Origin: Octopus sinensis
Taxonomy: Eukaryota
Direction of reading: 5' to 3'
Length of the DNA: 64,000 bases
Assembly (NCBI RefSeq): GCF_006345805.1
Contig: NC_043009.1
Span: 25,234,001 to 25,298,000, forward strand
Under the pieces are notes generated by a model. That model had not been told where the DNA came from and made no database searches. It saw only the letters and a list, made by a program, of their open reading frames with translations. The position numbers and the translations under genes are program-made. Shown one piece after another: positions 51,514 to 64,000 of this stretch (its first letter is position 1; each line of letters starts with the position of its first letter).

Positions 51514-51732
51514 CCCTTTAGCATTCAGGTTACTGTCAAATGTAATGCTTATTTATTCACATTGTTTTTAATTAATTATGCATTATTTTATAGCTTTGAG
51601 ATTTCAGTGGTGTGTTTTGTATAGTTTTAGAATGACATTGTCGGGTAAGTGTAAGAGGTTTGATCTGGTCAGTTTTAACATAAAACAGGGACAATATCTG
51701 AGCTGGACACGGCCAGATTAAATGCTAAAGGT
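51514..51732. mobile_element. piggyBac-type MITE (second family)
   Basis: TIRs CCCTTTAGCATT...AATGCTAAAGG(T), flanked by TGAA/TTAA. Confidence 0.65.
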
Positions 51733-52131
51733 TTAAATGAACAGAAAAATGTTACAAATATCTTGGGAGTAATGTGGCTTGGTGGCTAAGATGTTGCCCT
51801 CGCAGTCGCAAGATTGTGGTTTCAACCCCCAGGCCAAGTAGTGCATTGTTTTCTTGAGCTAAACACTTTATTTCATATTGCTCCAGACTACTTAAATCTA
51901 AATGAGTAACCCTGCAATTAACAGGCATTCCATTCAAGGAAAATGTTATGATTTTGGTCACTTAAATGCCTTGCAAACTGGGCAACCAATACTTATCATA
52001 ATATGCCTTGCAAACTGGGCAACCAATATTTATCATAATATAGTCCATAATCCTTAGACCACATTGTCTACAGTGTAATTTGGCTGCTATTTTTAGCAGA
52101 TTGGATGACCACGTGGAGGCACTCTCTCTCC

Positions 52132-52164
<33 letters not shown>

Positions 52165-52804
52165 ATTGATCAAGATTATGGTGATATCTTGTACTGTCAA
52201 CATAGCCTCTCTACACACAAAAACACAATGCATGCTGTCTCACTCTCACACTCTCTCTCTCGCCACTCACTCACTCACTCACTCCCCTACTCTTATCTCC
52301 CACCCTCTCCCTTTATTGAGAGTCAGTGGGGTGGGGCTTGTTACGATTTAATTATCTGATTTATTTAATGCATTTAGTTCATTCTGTCCATATATTCGTC
52401 CTTCTCTTACCTTCTTGCTAATTCCGTTTTGAATTGTTACTTATGATGATGATGATGATAATGATGGTCCTGGTTGTTTGTGACAACAGTGGTGGTTGTG
52501 GTGGTGGTGGTGGTATTCTTTGTAGCAAGTTATATTTGCTAATGGTGGCAAATGTGGAGATGGGTATTTGTGGTCTTGTAGTGGCTTTCATGGTAGGTAT
52601 TGTTGTTGTTGTTGTTCTAGCTGTAGTGGTCATGTTTGGAGTAGTTGCTGCTGCTGCTACTGTTGTTGTAATAACTCTGTTGGTTGTAGTAGGACTGATT
52701 TCAGAGTTAGTGACAGTAAGTGTATGTTATGACCCCATCCTACCAAAGTACTTAGCATTTAGCTGCACTCACACACACACACTAAAATTACCATGGTGAT
52801 CTCA

Positions 52805-53240
52805 ATAATTATTTCTTTATTGCCCACAGGGGGCTAAACAGAGAGGAGACAAACAAGGACAGACAAACGGATTAAGTCGATTACATCAATCCCAGTGCGT
52901 AACTGGTACTTGTGTGATTGACCCCAAAAGGATGAAAGGCAAAGTCAACTTCGGCAGAATTTGAACTCAGAACATAACAGCAATTGGAATACCACTATGC
53001 ATTTCACTCAGCATGCTAATGATTCTGCCAGCTTGCCATCTTAACAACCTAAATATTGTTTTCTACTCTAAGCACAAGGCCCAATCAACTCCAGTACGCA
53101 GCTGGTACTTAATTTGTCGACCCTGAAAGGATGAAAGGCAAAGTCGACCGCAGCGGAATTTGAACACAGAACATAACAGCAGATGAAATACCACTATGCA
53201 TTTTGCCCAGCATCCTAACAATTCTGCCAGCTCACCATCT
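52805..53240 (-). mobile_element. Two adjacent SINE family B copies
   Basis: Two GGATGAAAGGCAAAGTC..GAATTTGAAC..GATTCTGCCAGCT blocks. Confidence 0.78.
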
Positions 53241-53767
53241 TATGGTGATCTCAATAATGTTGAGGCCATAAAGTGGTTGGTGTTAGGAAGGACATCTTAC
53301 ATTCATGTGTCCAACATCCTAACCACTAACCCCATGTGCTGCCATCAGTACTTTTTTGTTGAACTTTCGTGTGATTTTTATCTACCTATTGCCCTAATTT
53401 CATTTACAAGACTTTTGTCCCAAGGTGTCACAGCCAATTTGAACCCAGGATTTCACAACTGTGAAGGAAACTTCTTGTCTGTTCTTGTGTTGTTGTTTTT
53501 TTAGTCCCTCGAGTTCTGATCAGACACATCCAAGGATCAAACTCTTTCCATCTATGACCATCCTGGCTTTTCCCTGTGTGCAAGGAACCAAGCCAGAATC
53601 ACAGTACCCAACTTGTCCTTTTTCTATGATGATTTGAGGAATATTAGACTCCCTATTTCTTGCAAATTAAGTGACCCTGTAGAAGCTCTCTACATGACAA
53701 GACAACACTTGTCATGTTATTGGTGTTGGTCACTATGGGTATTGTATTGTTGATGATGGTAGTGTTG

Positions 53768-53798
<31 letters not shown>

Positions 53799-54711
53799 CG
53801 GCCGCCGCAGTTGTTGTTGTTTGTGTTATAGAATTTGTCTTGGAGGCATTCAATGTCTTCTAAATGAGATTTCTATATTTGTTCCAATTATACCAACCTA
53901 AATGCCTCTTGTAATTGCTCCTATTGGTCAATTCTCTGTCTTCCATAACCAGTCTCTCTGATCTACGTGAGAGTGTGGGAGGGTGGCAGTAAAAGGAGAG
54001 GGTGTTGTGGGCAGCTGGCCGGAGCGTGCATGTGTGTGTGTGTTTAAAAGCTCTCGGACATTTTTCTATTGCTTTCTTTACACCTCATCCTCTTTAGTGC
54101 CTCTCTCTCCCCCCCTCTCTCTCTTCTCTCTCTCTTTGTATATCTCCCTTTCACACACACACATTCCCAATCAAAGACAAATACAAGGCATCATTCAAAA
54201 TGTTTCCTATAGTTTTCTTAATTAACATACACACACATACATACATGAACACACACATGCATACACACACCTACACCATACACACAGCATTCACTTACTT
54301 TCACACAAAAGCTATCATTGCCACACACTTCACACTTTCACACACACACACACACACACACAATCTTCATACAAATGCACACACGCTACTGTTGCGAACA
54401 CACACAGCCTTCACGAACACACTCACACACACACACATACATTACTTTCATAAACACATACATACAATACCTTCACACACACACACAGTTTCATATTGTT
54501 GATGATGATTATGGTGGTTACTGTCGATGCTTCTGCTGCTGATGATGATATTTAATTCTGAGTCTGCCCTAATCAAGCACACCTATGATCACAGACGCTC
54601 CAACTGTGACCATCCTGTCTTTTTTATCACATGCGCCTATTGTATCTAGATTTGTTGTTGTTGTTGATGTTGTTGTTCTTCTTCTTATTATTATTATTAT
54701 TAATATTATTA

Positions 54712-54771
<60 letters not shown>

Positions 54772-54797
54772 TTCTGTTGTTCTTACCACTTTTCCAG

Positions 54798-54880
54798 GTT
54801 CCAGTGACAAGCATGAGTTCCAGGCAGAAACCAGGAAGTTGTTGGACATTGTGGCAAAATCCCTGTATTCACAGAAAGAG
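54798..54880 (+). CDS. TRAP1: Internal coding exon of mitochondrial HSP90 (TRAP1/HSP75), start of the N-terminal ATPase domain
   Basis: Pyrimidine tract and TTTTCCAG acceptor, then an 83-nt exon (phase 1 in, phase 0 out) and a GTCAGT donor. It translates (G)[27 protein letters not shown], matching the TRAP1 motif [24 protein letters not shown] and not cytosolic HSP90 (LMSLIINTFYSNKE). Other exons were not recognised in the window. Confidence 0.93.
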
Positions 54881-55109
54881 GTCAGTGATGGTCATCTACT
54901 CCCACCTCTGCTTCCCTCTCTCTTTCTCTCTCCTACTCTCTCTTTCCCTCCCTTGTTCCCCACTCCCTCTCTCCCAATTAGCACTTTTCTTTTTCAATAG
55001 TCTGAATCCAAGAACAAGAAAACAACACACACAACCCTGAGAAATTAGTGAGATGGAAACTATACTGAAGCTTCTATGGGTGGATTTCTTATTTCGTTTC
55101 CTCCTTTAA

Positions 55110-55420
55110 CTTCTCTTTTACTTGTTTCAGTCATTTGACTGCAGCCATGCTGGAGCACCGCCTTTAGTCGAGCAAATCGACCCCAGGACTTATCCTTTGT
55201 AAGACTAGTTCTTATTTTATCAGTCTCTTTTGCCGAACTGCTAAGTTACGGGGATGTAAACACACCAGCATTGGTTGGTAAGCAATGTTGGGGGGACAAA
55301 CACAGACACACAAACATATACACACACACATACATATATATACATATATACAATGGGCTTCTTTCAGTTTCCGTCTACCAAATCCACTCACAAGGCTTTG
55401 ATAGTCCCGAGGCTATAGTA
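55110..55420 (-). mobile_element. SINE family A in the intron downstream of the TRAP1 exon
   Basis: Reverse-complement copy lacking the tRNA head. Confidence 0.8.
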
Positions 55421-56627
55421 GCTTGGACAGGAATTAATTTTCAGATAAGTGGATGCTCTTCCAGTCACCAACATCCATCTGTTTTTCAAGTTGCAATTTT
55501 TAATATTTTTTTGCTCTGATCGCCAAAGCATCAATCACACCAGTACTTATTTGTTTATTTATTTTTACCATTTTTGCGCCTTTCTATTCCCTCAACTCTG
55601 TGGACTCCAAAAAGAGCCACAATGGAACCAGTGGGATTAGATCTTCTATCAAACAAATATGTTAGAATGTTTCCTTGAGTCCTCTTCCTATAAACCTGTT
55701 TTAAAACTTTCTGACGTTTAACAATGCCTAACTCTCTTTTTTTCTTCTTTGTAACCCACCCACCACCGTTGATCTCTCTCTCTCTCTTTCTTTCTCTCCC
55801 CCTCTCTCTCTCTCTCTCTCACACACATACACACAGATACATTGTCTATCTCTTTCATTCTCTCTCTTTCTCATTTTCTGCTTCTTTCATTCTCTCTCTC
55901 TTCCTCTGACTTTTTGTATCCCTTGTGAGTGAATCTGGTACATGGAAACAAAGAAGCCTGTCACATGTATATTTATATATCATCCTCCTCATCATCATTT
56001 AACGTCCATTGTCATGCTGGCATGGGTTAGAGGGTTTGACTGGGCTGGCACGCTAGAAGGCTGTGCCAGGCTCCAGTCTGATTTGGTATGGTTTTCTACA
56101 GCTGGATGCCCTTCCTAATGCCAACCACTCCAAGAGTGGTTGTTTCAACATGCCACTGGCATGGGTGCCATTTGCATTAACAAGTGATGTAAAGTGCACT
56201 GCTAACACAGAAGAACACAGTATTGAATTATTAAAACATTTAATATACTTAATTGTATATTATGTTTGCATAACGAGATACCGCATCCCTGCAGCTCATT
56301 AATATAACTGAGTGCTTGTATGGTACCCACTTGGAGAATTTTATACCCTATTTACTCATCAGATGTGGGTGTGTGTATGTGTTTGTCCACTACCACTGCT
56401 TGATGACTGGTGTTGGTGTGTTTACATCCCCATAACTTAGTGGTTCGGCAAAAGAGACCAATAGAATAAGTACCGGGCTTTAAAAAAATAAGCACTGAGG
56501 ACAATTTGTTCAACTAAAATTCTCTGAGACGGTGCCCCAGCATGACCATAGTCTTATGACTGAAACAAGTGAAAAACAAATCTTCTCTCTCTCTCTACCG
56601 TCTTTCTCTTTCTCTCTCTCTCTACCG

Positions 56628-56678
<51 letters not shown>

Positions 56679-58722
56679 TTTATTACATCTCTCTCCCTCC
56701 CTCCTTCCTCTCTCTCCATTATCCAACCCCTGTCTGTCGTTACTCCCCCACTCCACCACTACCCCGCCTTTTTCGCCTTCCTCTCCAACTTCTGCACCAA
56801 TTATTAGAGAATCCTAATGTCTTCCTAACCATGTCTTCACCACAATCAATCATCACCACCACCACCACCATTACCACCATAATCATCATCATCATCATCA
56901 TCATCATCGCCAGCATCACCTCAACGCCATCAACACCATCATCAATCAACATAGTCATCATAGCCATTATCGTCAATCACTGCCTCCTCCACCACCACCA
57001 CCTCCATCATCATCATCATCATCATCATCAAAGACACTACTAGTTTTTCTGAAACCAACAGAAGGCATGCTTCATGCATCACTGATTACAGCCATTAAAG
57101 TAGCCAGTTAGGTTCCATTCTGTTGCTCTCCTTCCCTTTCCTTCCCTTCCCCCCAACCCCTGCTCTCTTGCTCTCCTCACCAGTCTCTCTCTCTCTATCT
57201 CACCCTCTCTCTCTGTCTCTCTCTCTCTTTCCCCCTTTCCCTCCTCCCTGCTTTCTATATCTGCATCACATCTACAGTTTCTCCATCTCACTTTCTTGTG
57301 CCGAAATCACCACCATCACCATCATTAACAACCATGACCACCACCGGCGGCACCATTATCATCGCCACTACCACCACCATCATGGCAACTACAGCCACCA
57401 TCACCACTGCTACCTCCACCATTACCACAACAAACAACACCCCACCATCACCACGATCATTACTTTTACTATTGCTACAACCAACAACACCACCACCATC
57501 ATCACCACCTCCACTTTCCCACTTGCACGGCCATTCTCCCCACCCCGCCCCCTGCTGCCCGCCCATCCACCTACCCACATTGCCATTCCACCAAGCTTCA
57601 ACTTGCTTTATAGATGTGTGAAGTTTAATTACCCAACTGTCAGATGTGAAGAAACATTTCTCTGAAAAGGCAATTCCAGGTTTTGGCAGTGCTGGATCTG
57701 TTCTTCCCTTTTCTCTCTCCCCCCCTTCCTCCTCCTCCTCCTCCCCCTCCTCCTCCTCCTCCCCTGCCTCCTTTTCCTCGCCTTCTTTCCCCTTCCTTTG
57801 TCCAAAACCTACCCTAACCCTATCCAATGCGCAGCCATTGCTGTGTCTACATCTGTCTGTCCAGTTGATCTGATCACTACTTAAAACTATATATCTTAGG
57901 AGCACTCCCCACTGCTCCTCCTCCTCCTCCTCCTTTGTCTTATTCACACACACACACCCCTCCCCTTTCCCTACACATATCCTGGCTCTAATTAAGAATA
58001 AGCTTCATCATTCTGCAGTCCAGTTTTACTGTAATCCATATTCATATTCCACCACTAATGCCCCTATTACTTGCCAGCCCCATTTGTAACCCTTACCATA
58101 AGCAACACCCAAATGCATAAACAAATATCGTTTAATTTTTAAAATTTGTTTCAGTCATTGGACTGCCGCCATGCTGGGGCACCGCCTTGAAAAATTTTAG
58201 TCAAATAAATCAACCCCAGTCATTACCTTCGTTTAACATCTGCTTTCCATGCTGGCATGGGTTGGACGGTTTGGCAGGAGCTGGCCAGCCAAGAGACTGC
58301 ACCATGCTTCGTTGTCTGTTTTTGGCAAAGGTTTTACGGATGGGTACCCCTTCTAACACTATAAAAACCTTGCCAAGTGCTTATTTTAAAGTCAGCTTAT
58401 TGTATCAATCTCTCTTTTGCTGAACTGTTAAATTACAAGGATGTAAACAAACCAGCCCTGGTTGTCAAGTGATGGAGGGAGATAAACACAAAGACATACA
58501 CACACATATATATCATCGTCATCATCATCATCATCGTTGTTTAATGTCGACTTTTCCCTGCTTGCACGAGGTCAAACTGAGTTTATTGAGGCAAATTTAT
58601 CTACGGCTGGATGCCCTTCCTGTCATTAACTCTCACCTGTTTCCCAGCATGGTAATATTTCCCCATGGCCAGATATGTTTTTGCAGAACATTAGAAATGA
58701 ACAACACTGCTTGTATGACAAT

Positions 58723-58798
58723 GACAGAGTGTAGTATCATTTTGGGGTGGGGCAAAGTAGATACTTTGCCCTACCCCAAAATGATACTACACTCTGTC
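58723..58798. repeat. Near-perfect 76-nt palindrome
   Basis: GACAGAGTGTAGTATCATTTTGGGGTGGGGCAAAGTA-GA-TACTTTGCCCTACCCCAAAATGATACTACACTCTGTC, with a single G:T pair. Confidence 0.95.
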
Positions 58799-59125
58799 TT
58801 ATCTCAGATTTGATAAACTAGCCTATAAATTAAAACTGAACCCCCACCTCTAATTAAATCTAAATAACAGATATAATCAGTGAAAAGCAGTTACAACTGT
58901 GAGGTTGTTGGTAAAACATGTTCTTTGTCTATCTCCTTATCCTCTTGGTGATTTTGGATAAAATTATACTAATGAGTTCTTCGAATTTAATTAAATTCTA
59001 TATTTTTGTGTAGTTGAAGATTGCTCTACATTTTAAATTGATGTAATGTTTGCATTGTTCAATTAAATGGAGTCGCATGAAACGATCGTACTGCATTACC
59101 TCTTGGATATCCTTGTTGCTTATTT

Positions 59126-59160
<35 letters not shown>

Positions 59161-59421
59161 CATACATATATATAATATAATATATATACATACATACATA
59201 TACATGCACAGCAAGTGTTTGTATCATTATCAACATCATCATTTAATGTCCATCGTCCATGCTGGCGTGAGCTGGACAGTTTGACAGCAGCTGACCAGCT
59301 GAAGGACTGTTCAGGCTCTATGTCAATTTTGGTAGGGTTTCTACAGCTGGATGCCCTTCTTTTTGACAACCACTTTATAGGTATGTATGTCTGTGTATGT
59401 TTATGTATGTATGTATGTATG

Positions 59422-59496
<75 letters not shown>

Positions 59497-59791
59497 TGTT
59501 TTTACGTATTTTTGAATTTTTTTTTTTTTTCGAGTAACATCGTCCATTTTTCCGTCACCGTGTTGTATACTTTCAAGGTTTTCTTCCAAGGAATCTAATG
59601 CGATTGGCTTAGATTTCCCTTGGCTGGCTGCCCAGATTGGAGCAATCTCAAGATTAATCAGCCGAAATTGCGAAGATGATCTGGTTCTTGACTGATGACT
59701 GAGAGCTTCGAAAGTCCCGTCTGTGTTTTTTTTTGCCGTCTTCAAAATGTTTCACGTTCTTGTCCCAGTTTGTGTTTTTTTAACGTTTACC

Positions 59792-59817
<26 letters not shown>

Positions 59818-59822
<5 letters not shown>

Positions 59823-60090
59823 TATTATAAAAGGCAGATTTTATCTGCCTCCCTTTGGGAGTTATACAAATCTACAATATAGGATTTCTTCAATTACAAT
59901 TTACCTTGCATTTTTAAGAGTACAATGCATCGCGTCATGCCAGGTCCAGTTTTTAAAATTTAAACTCCATTAAGCAAAATTTACAGAAAACTCACATTCT
60001 GGTGTGTGTGTCAAATGCTTTTCTTAGTCTGGTTTACAACACACGCAAACGCACACACACAGTGGGCAACGAATAAAATGAAAGTAATTG
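59818..60090 (+). mobile_element. 5' fragment of the same Helitron family as 62159-63817
   Basis: ~270 bp highly similar to 62159-62420, starting TC after a (TA)n tract; 3' CTAG end absent. Confidence 0.75.
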
Positions 60091-60290
60091 ACTTACTGTA
60101 GTGAGTGATTCTTTCACTCTGCCTCCCACTTCCTCTTTCAACACATAGACACGCAAATATATAAATAAAATTGTAAGCTAACGTGCGTGTGTGTGAGTGG
60201 GTGTGTGTGGGTGTGTGTGTGCGTGTGCGTGAGTGTGTGACAGGAAAGTTTTTTACAACGAATATAACACCTATATCCAAGTAGCAGAAA

Positions 60291-60980
60291 GATAAGACAG
60301 TAAGGTGTGATTTGAGGGAGATTTGGCTGCTATTTCTACCATGTCTAGCTGCCATGTAGGGGTCTCCCTCATAGGCTCATACATACATATATACATAGAT
60401 AAGACAGTAAGGTGTGATTTGGGGGAAATTTGGCTGCTATTTCTACCAGGTCTAGCTGCCATGTAGGGGTCTCCCTCATAGGCTCATACATACATATATA
60501 CATAGATAAGACAGTAAGGTGTGATTTGGGGGAAATTTGGCTGCTATTTCTACCAGGTCTAGCTGCCATGTAGGGGTCTCCTCATAGGCTCATACATACA
60601 TATATACATAGATAAGACAGTAAGGTGTGATTTGGGGGAAATTTGGCTGCTATTTCTACCAGGTCTAGCTGCCATGTAGGGGTCCCCTCATAGGCCATAC
60701 ATACATATATACATAGATAAGACAGTAAGGTGTGATTTGGGGGAAATTTGGCTGCTATTTCTACCAGGTCTAGCTGCCATGTAGGGGTCTCCCTCATAGG
60801 CTCATACATACATATATACATAGATAAGACAGTAAGGTGTGATTTGGGGGAAATTTGGCTGCTATTTCTACCAGGTCTAGCTACCATGTAGAGGTCCCCC
60901 CATTGGCTCATATATATATACATACATAAGACAGTAAGGTGTGATTTGAGGGAGATTTGGCTGCTGTTTCTACCAGGTCT
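60291..60980. repeat. Minisatellite, ~107-bp unit, ~6.5 copies
   Basis: GATAAGACAGTAAGGTGTGATTTGGGGGAAATTTGGCTGCTATTTCTACCAGG... at 60291, 60398, 60505, 60611, 60716, 60823 and 60926. Confidence 0.95.
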
Positions 60981-61345
60981 GTTAGGCCTTCTCATGTAAA
61001 CTCAAGCTTTCTCATGCCTTGAACATAAGACCAAAGCAGAGAATGTATTCTTTTATTCTTCTGCTTTTTCCAGCCATTGGTCTGTGGCCATGCTGGGGCA
61101 ATGCCTTGAAGAATTGTAGTTTAATGAATCAACTCCAGTTTTATTTTTGTAAGCATTGTACTTATTCTATCTGTTTCCTTTGTCAAACCACTAGGTGACA
61201 GGGATGTAAACAAACCAACATTCGTTGTCAAGCAGTGGTGGAGGACAATCACAAGCACAGACACGCACACACACACACATACATGCATACACATATACAC
61301 ACATACATACATACATACATATATATATATGTGTGTATATATATA

Positions 61346-61597
61346 TTGCAGCCTGAAAGGTGTTTGTAAGCCATTTAAGAAACACACAAAAACCGTTACA
61401 TTCACTTCAACATTTAAATTTAATTTGCCAAAATATTTTCGTCGCTTTGAGACCTGTTCACTGACAAAAATATCGTGCTAACAGGTCGCGGTCTCAAAGC
61501 GACGAAAATATTTTGACAAATTAAATTTAAATGTTGAAGTGAATCTAACGGTTTTTGTGTGTTTCTTAAATGGCTTATAAACACCTTCAACGCTGCA
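61346..61597. repeat. Palindromic element (~110-bp arms) with a hammerhead-like centre
   Basis: TTGCAGC.TGAAAGGTGTTT..TTTTCGTCGCTTTGAGACC pairs with GGTCTCAAAGCGACGAAAA..AAACACCTTCAACGCTGCAA. Confidence 0.88.
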
Positions 61598-61763
61598 ACT
61601 GTTTTCGTTCCAGCACACGATCTCAGATCAAGTCACTTGCTATGCAAGTACATCTCTGTAACTATATATATATTTATATATATATATATATATATGTATA
61701 TTGGTAAAACAGTAAGATAACAAAAGAAAGAAAGAGACCTCAATATTATGTAAATAGAGGAAA

Positions 61764-62158
61764 TCTTTATATATAAAAGTGAGGTTGTGTGTCTGTCTCC
61801 TACGATTTAGATTCCTAACTACTCCCACATTTTGCGGTGCAGTTTAACCAAAACCGGGTATCTTATAGTCGTGATTCATATCGAGACCGTCTGGGTATTA
61901 GCGCGCGTCTACGATGAGTCTACGATTTAAAAAAAAATTTACCATCAATTTTTCCCATTTTTAATCCATTTTTGACATATATAAGGGAAGTAACTCTCTA
62001 AAATTTATTATTAAATCTCAGAACGTAAAAAGCTACAGTAACACCCCTCCCCCTTTGTGGTTAGCCATATTGAGATGGCTATTATACTTTACATCTCTAA
62101 AAATGCTTATATAATTATTTCCCTTACAAACCTGAGCAACGCCGGGCGATACTGCTAG
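61764..62158 (+). mobile_element. Non-autonomous Helitron (short)
   Basis: Starts A|TCTTTATATATAAAAG and ends with a GC-rich hairpin CCTGAGCAACGCCGGG followed by CGATACTGCTAG; no TSD. Confidence 0.75.
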
Positions 62159-63817
62159 TCTTATTATAAAAGGCAGATTTTATCTGCCTCCCTTTGTAAC
62201 TTATAGAAATCTACAATATAGGATTTCTTCAATTACAATTTACCTAGCATTTTTAAGAGTAGAATGCATCGGGTCATGCCAGGTCCAGTTTTTAAAATTT
62301 AAACTCCAATTAAGCAAAATTTACAGAAAACTCACATTCTGGTGTGTATGTCAAATGCTTTTCTTAATGTGGTTTACACCACACGCACACACACAGTGGC
62401 AACGAATAAAATGAAAGTAAATAGCGACAGAGTGATTTGAGGAAGACTAAACTGAAAGTATTTAAAACCACTACTCAAAAAATAAAAAAACACAGCAAAC
62501 AGAAACAAATAAATACATAACAATTTACTCCTCACACAATTTCTTCAATTAGAGTTTACCTAAGATTTTTCTAAGTACTCCATTCGGTCATGCCATAATA
62601 TATTTCTTTCAATTTCACCCCCAATTAAGACAAAATTCGAGAAAACTCAATATTTTAACATTTCACTCCGAACAGCATGAGCATTGTACATGTGTGCGTG
62701 CGTGAGTGTGTGTGTGTGTGTGTGTGTTTGATGGGTTGTGCGACACAGAAAGTGTGGTGTGTAAGTGAAGTGCTTTTGTTAGTGTGTGTAAAGAGACAGA
62801 GAGAGTGAAAGACAGAAATAACTGAACTTTTTTTATTCACTTTTTGTAGTGAGTGACTGAGAGAGAAAAGAGAGAGAGAGGTTATGTATGTATATATGTA
62901 TGTATGGCTTCAGTGACACACATACACACAAAAACACATACCTACGTACACCTAAAGCACGCACACACACACACAAGCGGAGCGCGAACTTCAAAATTTT
63001 GGTAGTATTAATTTGCGAGCATACTTCTAAGCGCGCGTAATTGAAAGTTTTCACTATGATATCATCACGTGCGAAAAAATTCAAAGGGTTTTGAACAATT
63101 GAGATACAGATGTCACGCCTGTATTGAAACCATTGCTAAGCTGCCGTAATTGCTTAATTAAGACTTTGTTTAAATTGAAAGGGGCAAATATGTGACGAGG
63201 TTGAAAAAAAATACCCCAGAAAAAAGAATGTACTGCTGGTATTTATATAATTCACTACTATTTTGCTACAATGTCATGAAAAAGAAAAAATTTAGGTATG
63301 TAAATCGAATTCGCCACCCCCTTTTCCCCGTTCGCGTTTGTGTAAAAAGAATTATTATTCAAGTTTTAAAAATTATTTACTTTGTTCAAAAAATATTAAC
63401 ATTAATTAATTTTCAAGAATTATTTAATTTTATTCTGTAAAATAGTAATTAATTCATTTATCTGTAAATCCGCGAGGTTGTTACTCAGGCACCTAGAATG
63501 GTAACCTTCAACTAACACTAGCTCCTCCGAGACCCTGCGGCGCAAGTTCACCAAAATTGAGAGTATGGTAGAAGAAGGGTTGCTCTTCCTTCCGTAGAAC
63601 ATAAAATTCAAATCGGACCATGTTAACACCAAAAATTATTTACATCAAAAAGATGCTTTTTTCTATGAAAATCCCTATTTTTTACGATTTTTTCACTGCT
63701 GTGTCGCCACTTTTCGGTGTATTTCGACCAGAAAAATGTTCACAAAATTTTTACTTTTCAAAATTACAATTCCAGCGGATCGAAACAAACCCAAGCAACG
63801 CCGGGCGATACTGCTAG
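62159..63817 (+). mobile_element. Non-autonomous Helitron (long), head-to-tail with the previous one
   Basis: Starts TCTTATTATAAAAGG and ends CCCAAGCAACGCCGGGCGATACTGCTAG|T in (TA)n. Confidence 0.75.
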
Positions 63818-64000
63818 TATATATATATATATATATATACACTCTTTATTTGTGGATTAAAAATACTGCCAGTGGTTTCATGGAGAGAAACACACAAATA
63901 CAAAATGTTTATCCAGCAATGGGATTTGAGTACTCAACCTCTCCATCTAATATTAGCATGTGTATATATGTAAGTATGTACATGTGTGTGTGTATATACA

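Noticed and set aside
51965-52040. 37-bp tandem duplication
   Set aside because: Ordinary slippage duplication at the end of a SINE remnant

Overview
Repeat-dense eukaryotic DNA, most likely from a coleoid cephalopod such as Octopus. This is inferred from the tRNA-derived SINE families and the very high (TA)n/(CA)n/(CAT)n microsatellite content. Almost all ORFs in the supplied track are microsatellite read-through artefacts. The only recognisable host coding sequence is one 83-bp exon of mitochondrial HSP90 (TRAP1) at 54798-54880 (+). Mobile DNA includes two decayed Tc1/mariner elements with TIRs and TA TSDs, a CR1/L2-type LINE remnant, non-autonomous Helitrons, piggyBac-type MITEs and many SINE copies. 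The main finding is a ~3-kb array of near-identical ~403-bp units (9754-12770) inserted in a (TA)n tract. Every unit carries a canonical type I hammerhead ribozyme on the minus strand (8 copies), which is the architecture of a non-LTR retrozyme that could produce ~400-nt circular RNAs. About ten further dispersed minimal or variant hammerhead motifs lie in Penelope-like fragments, mostly beside (TA)n tracts, including one with an apparent compensatory G3-C8 core. All folds were inferred by eye, repeat boundaries are approximate, and no database search or folding program was run.
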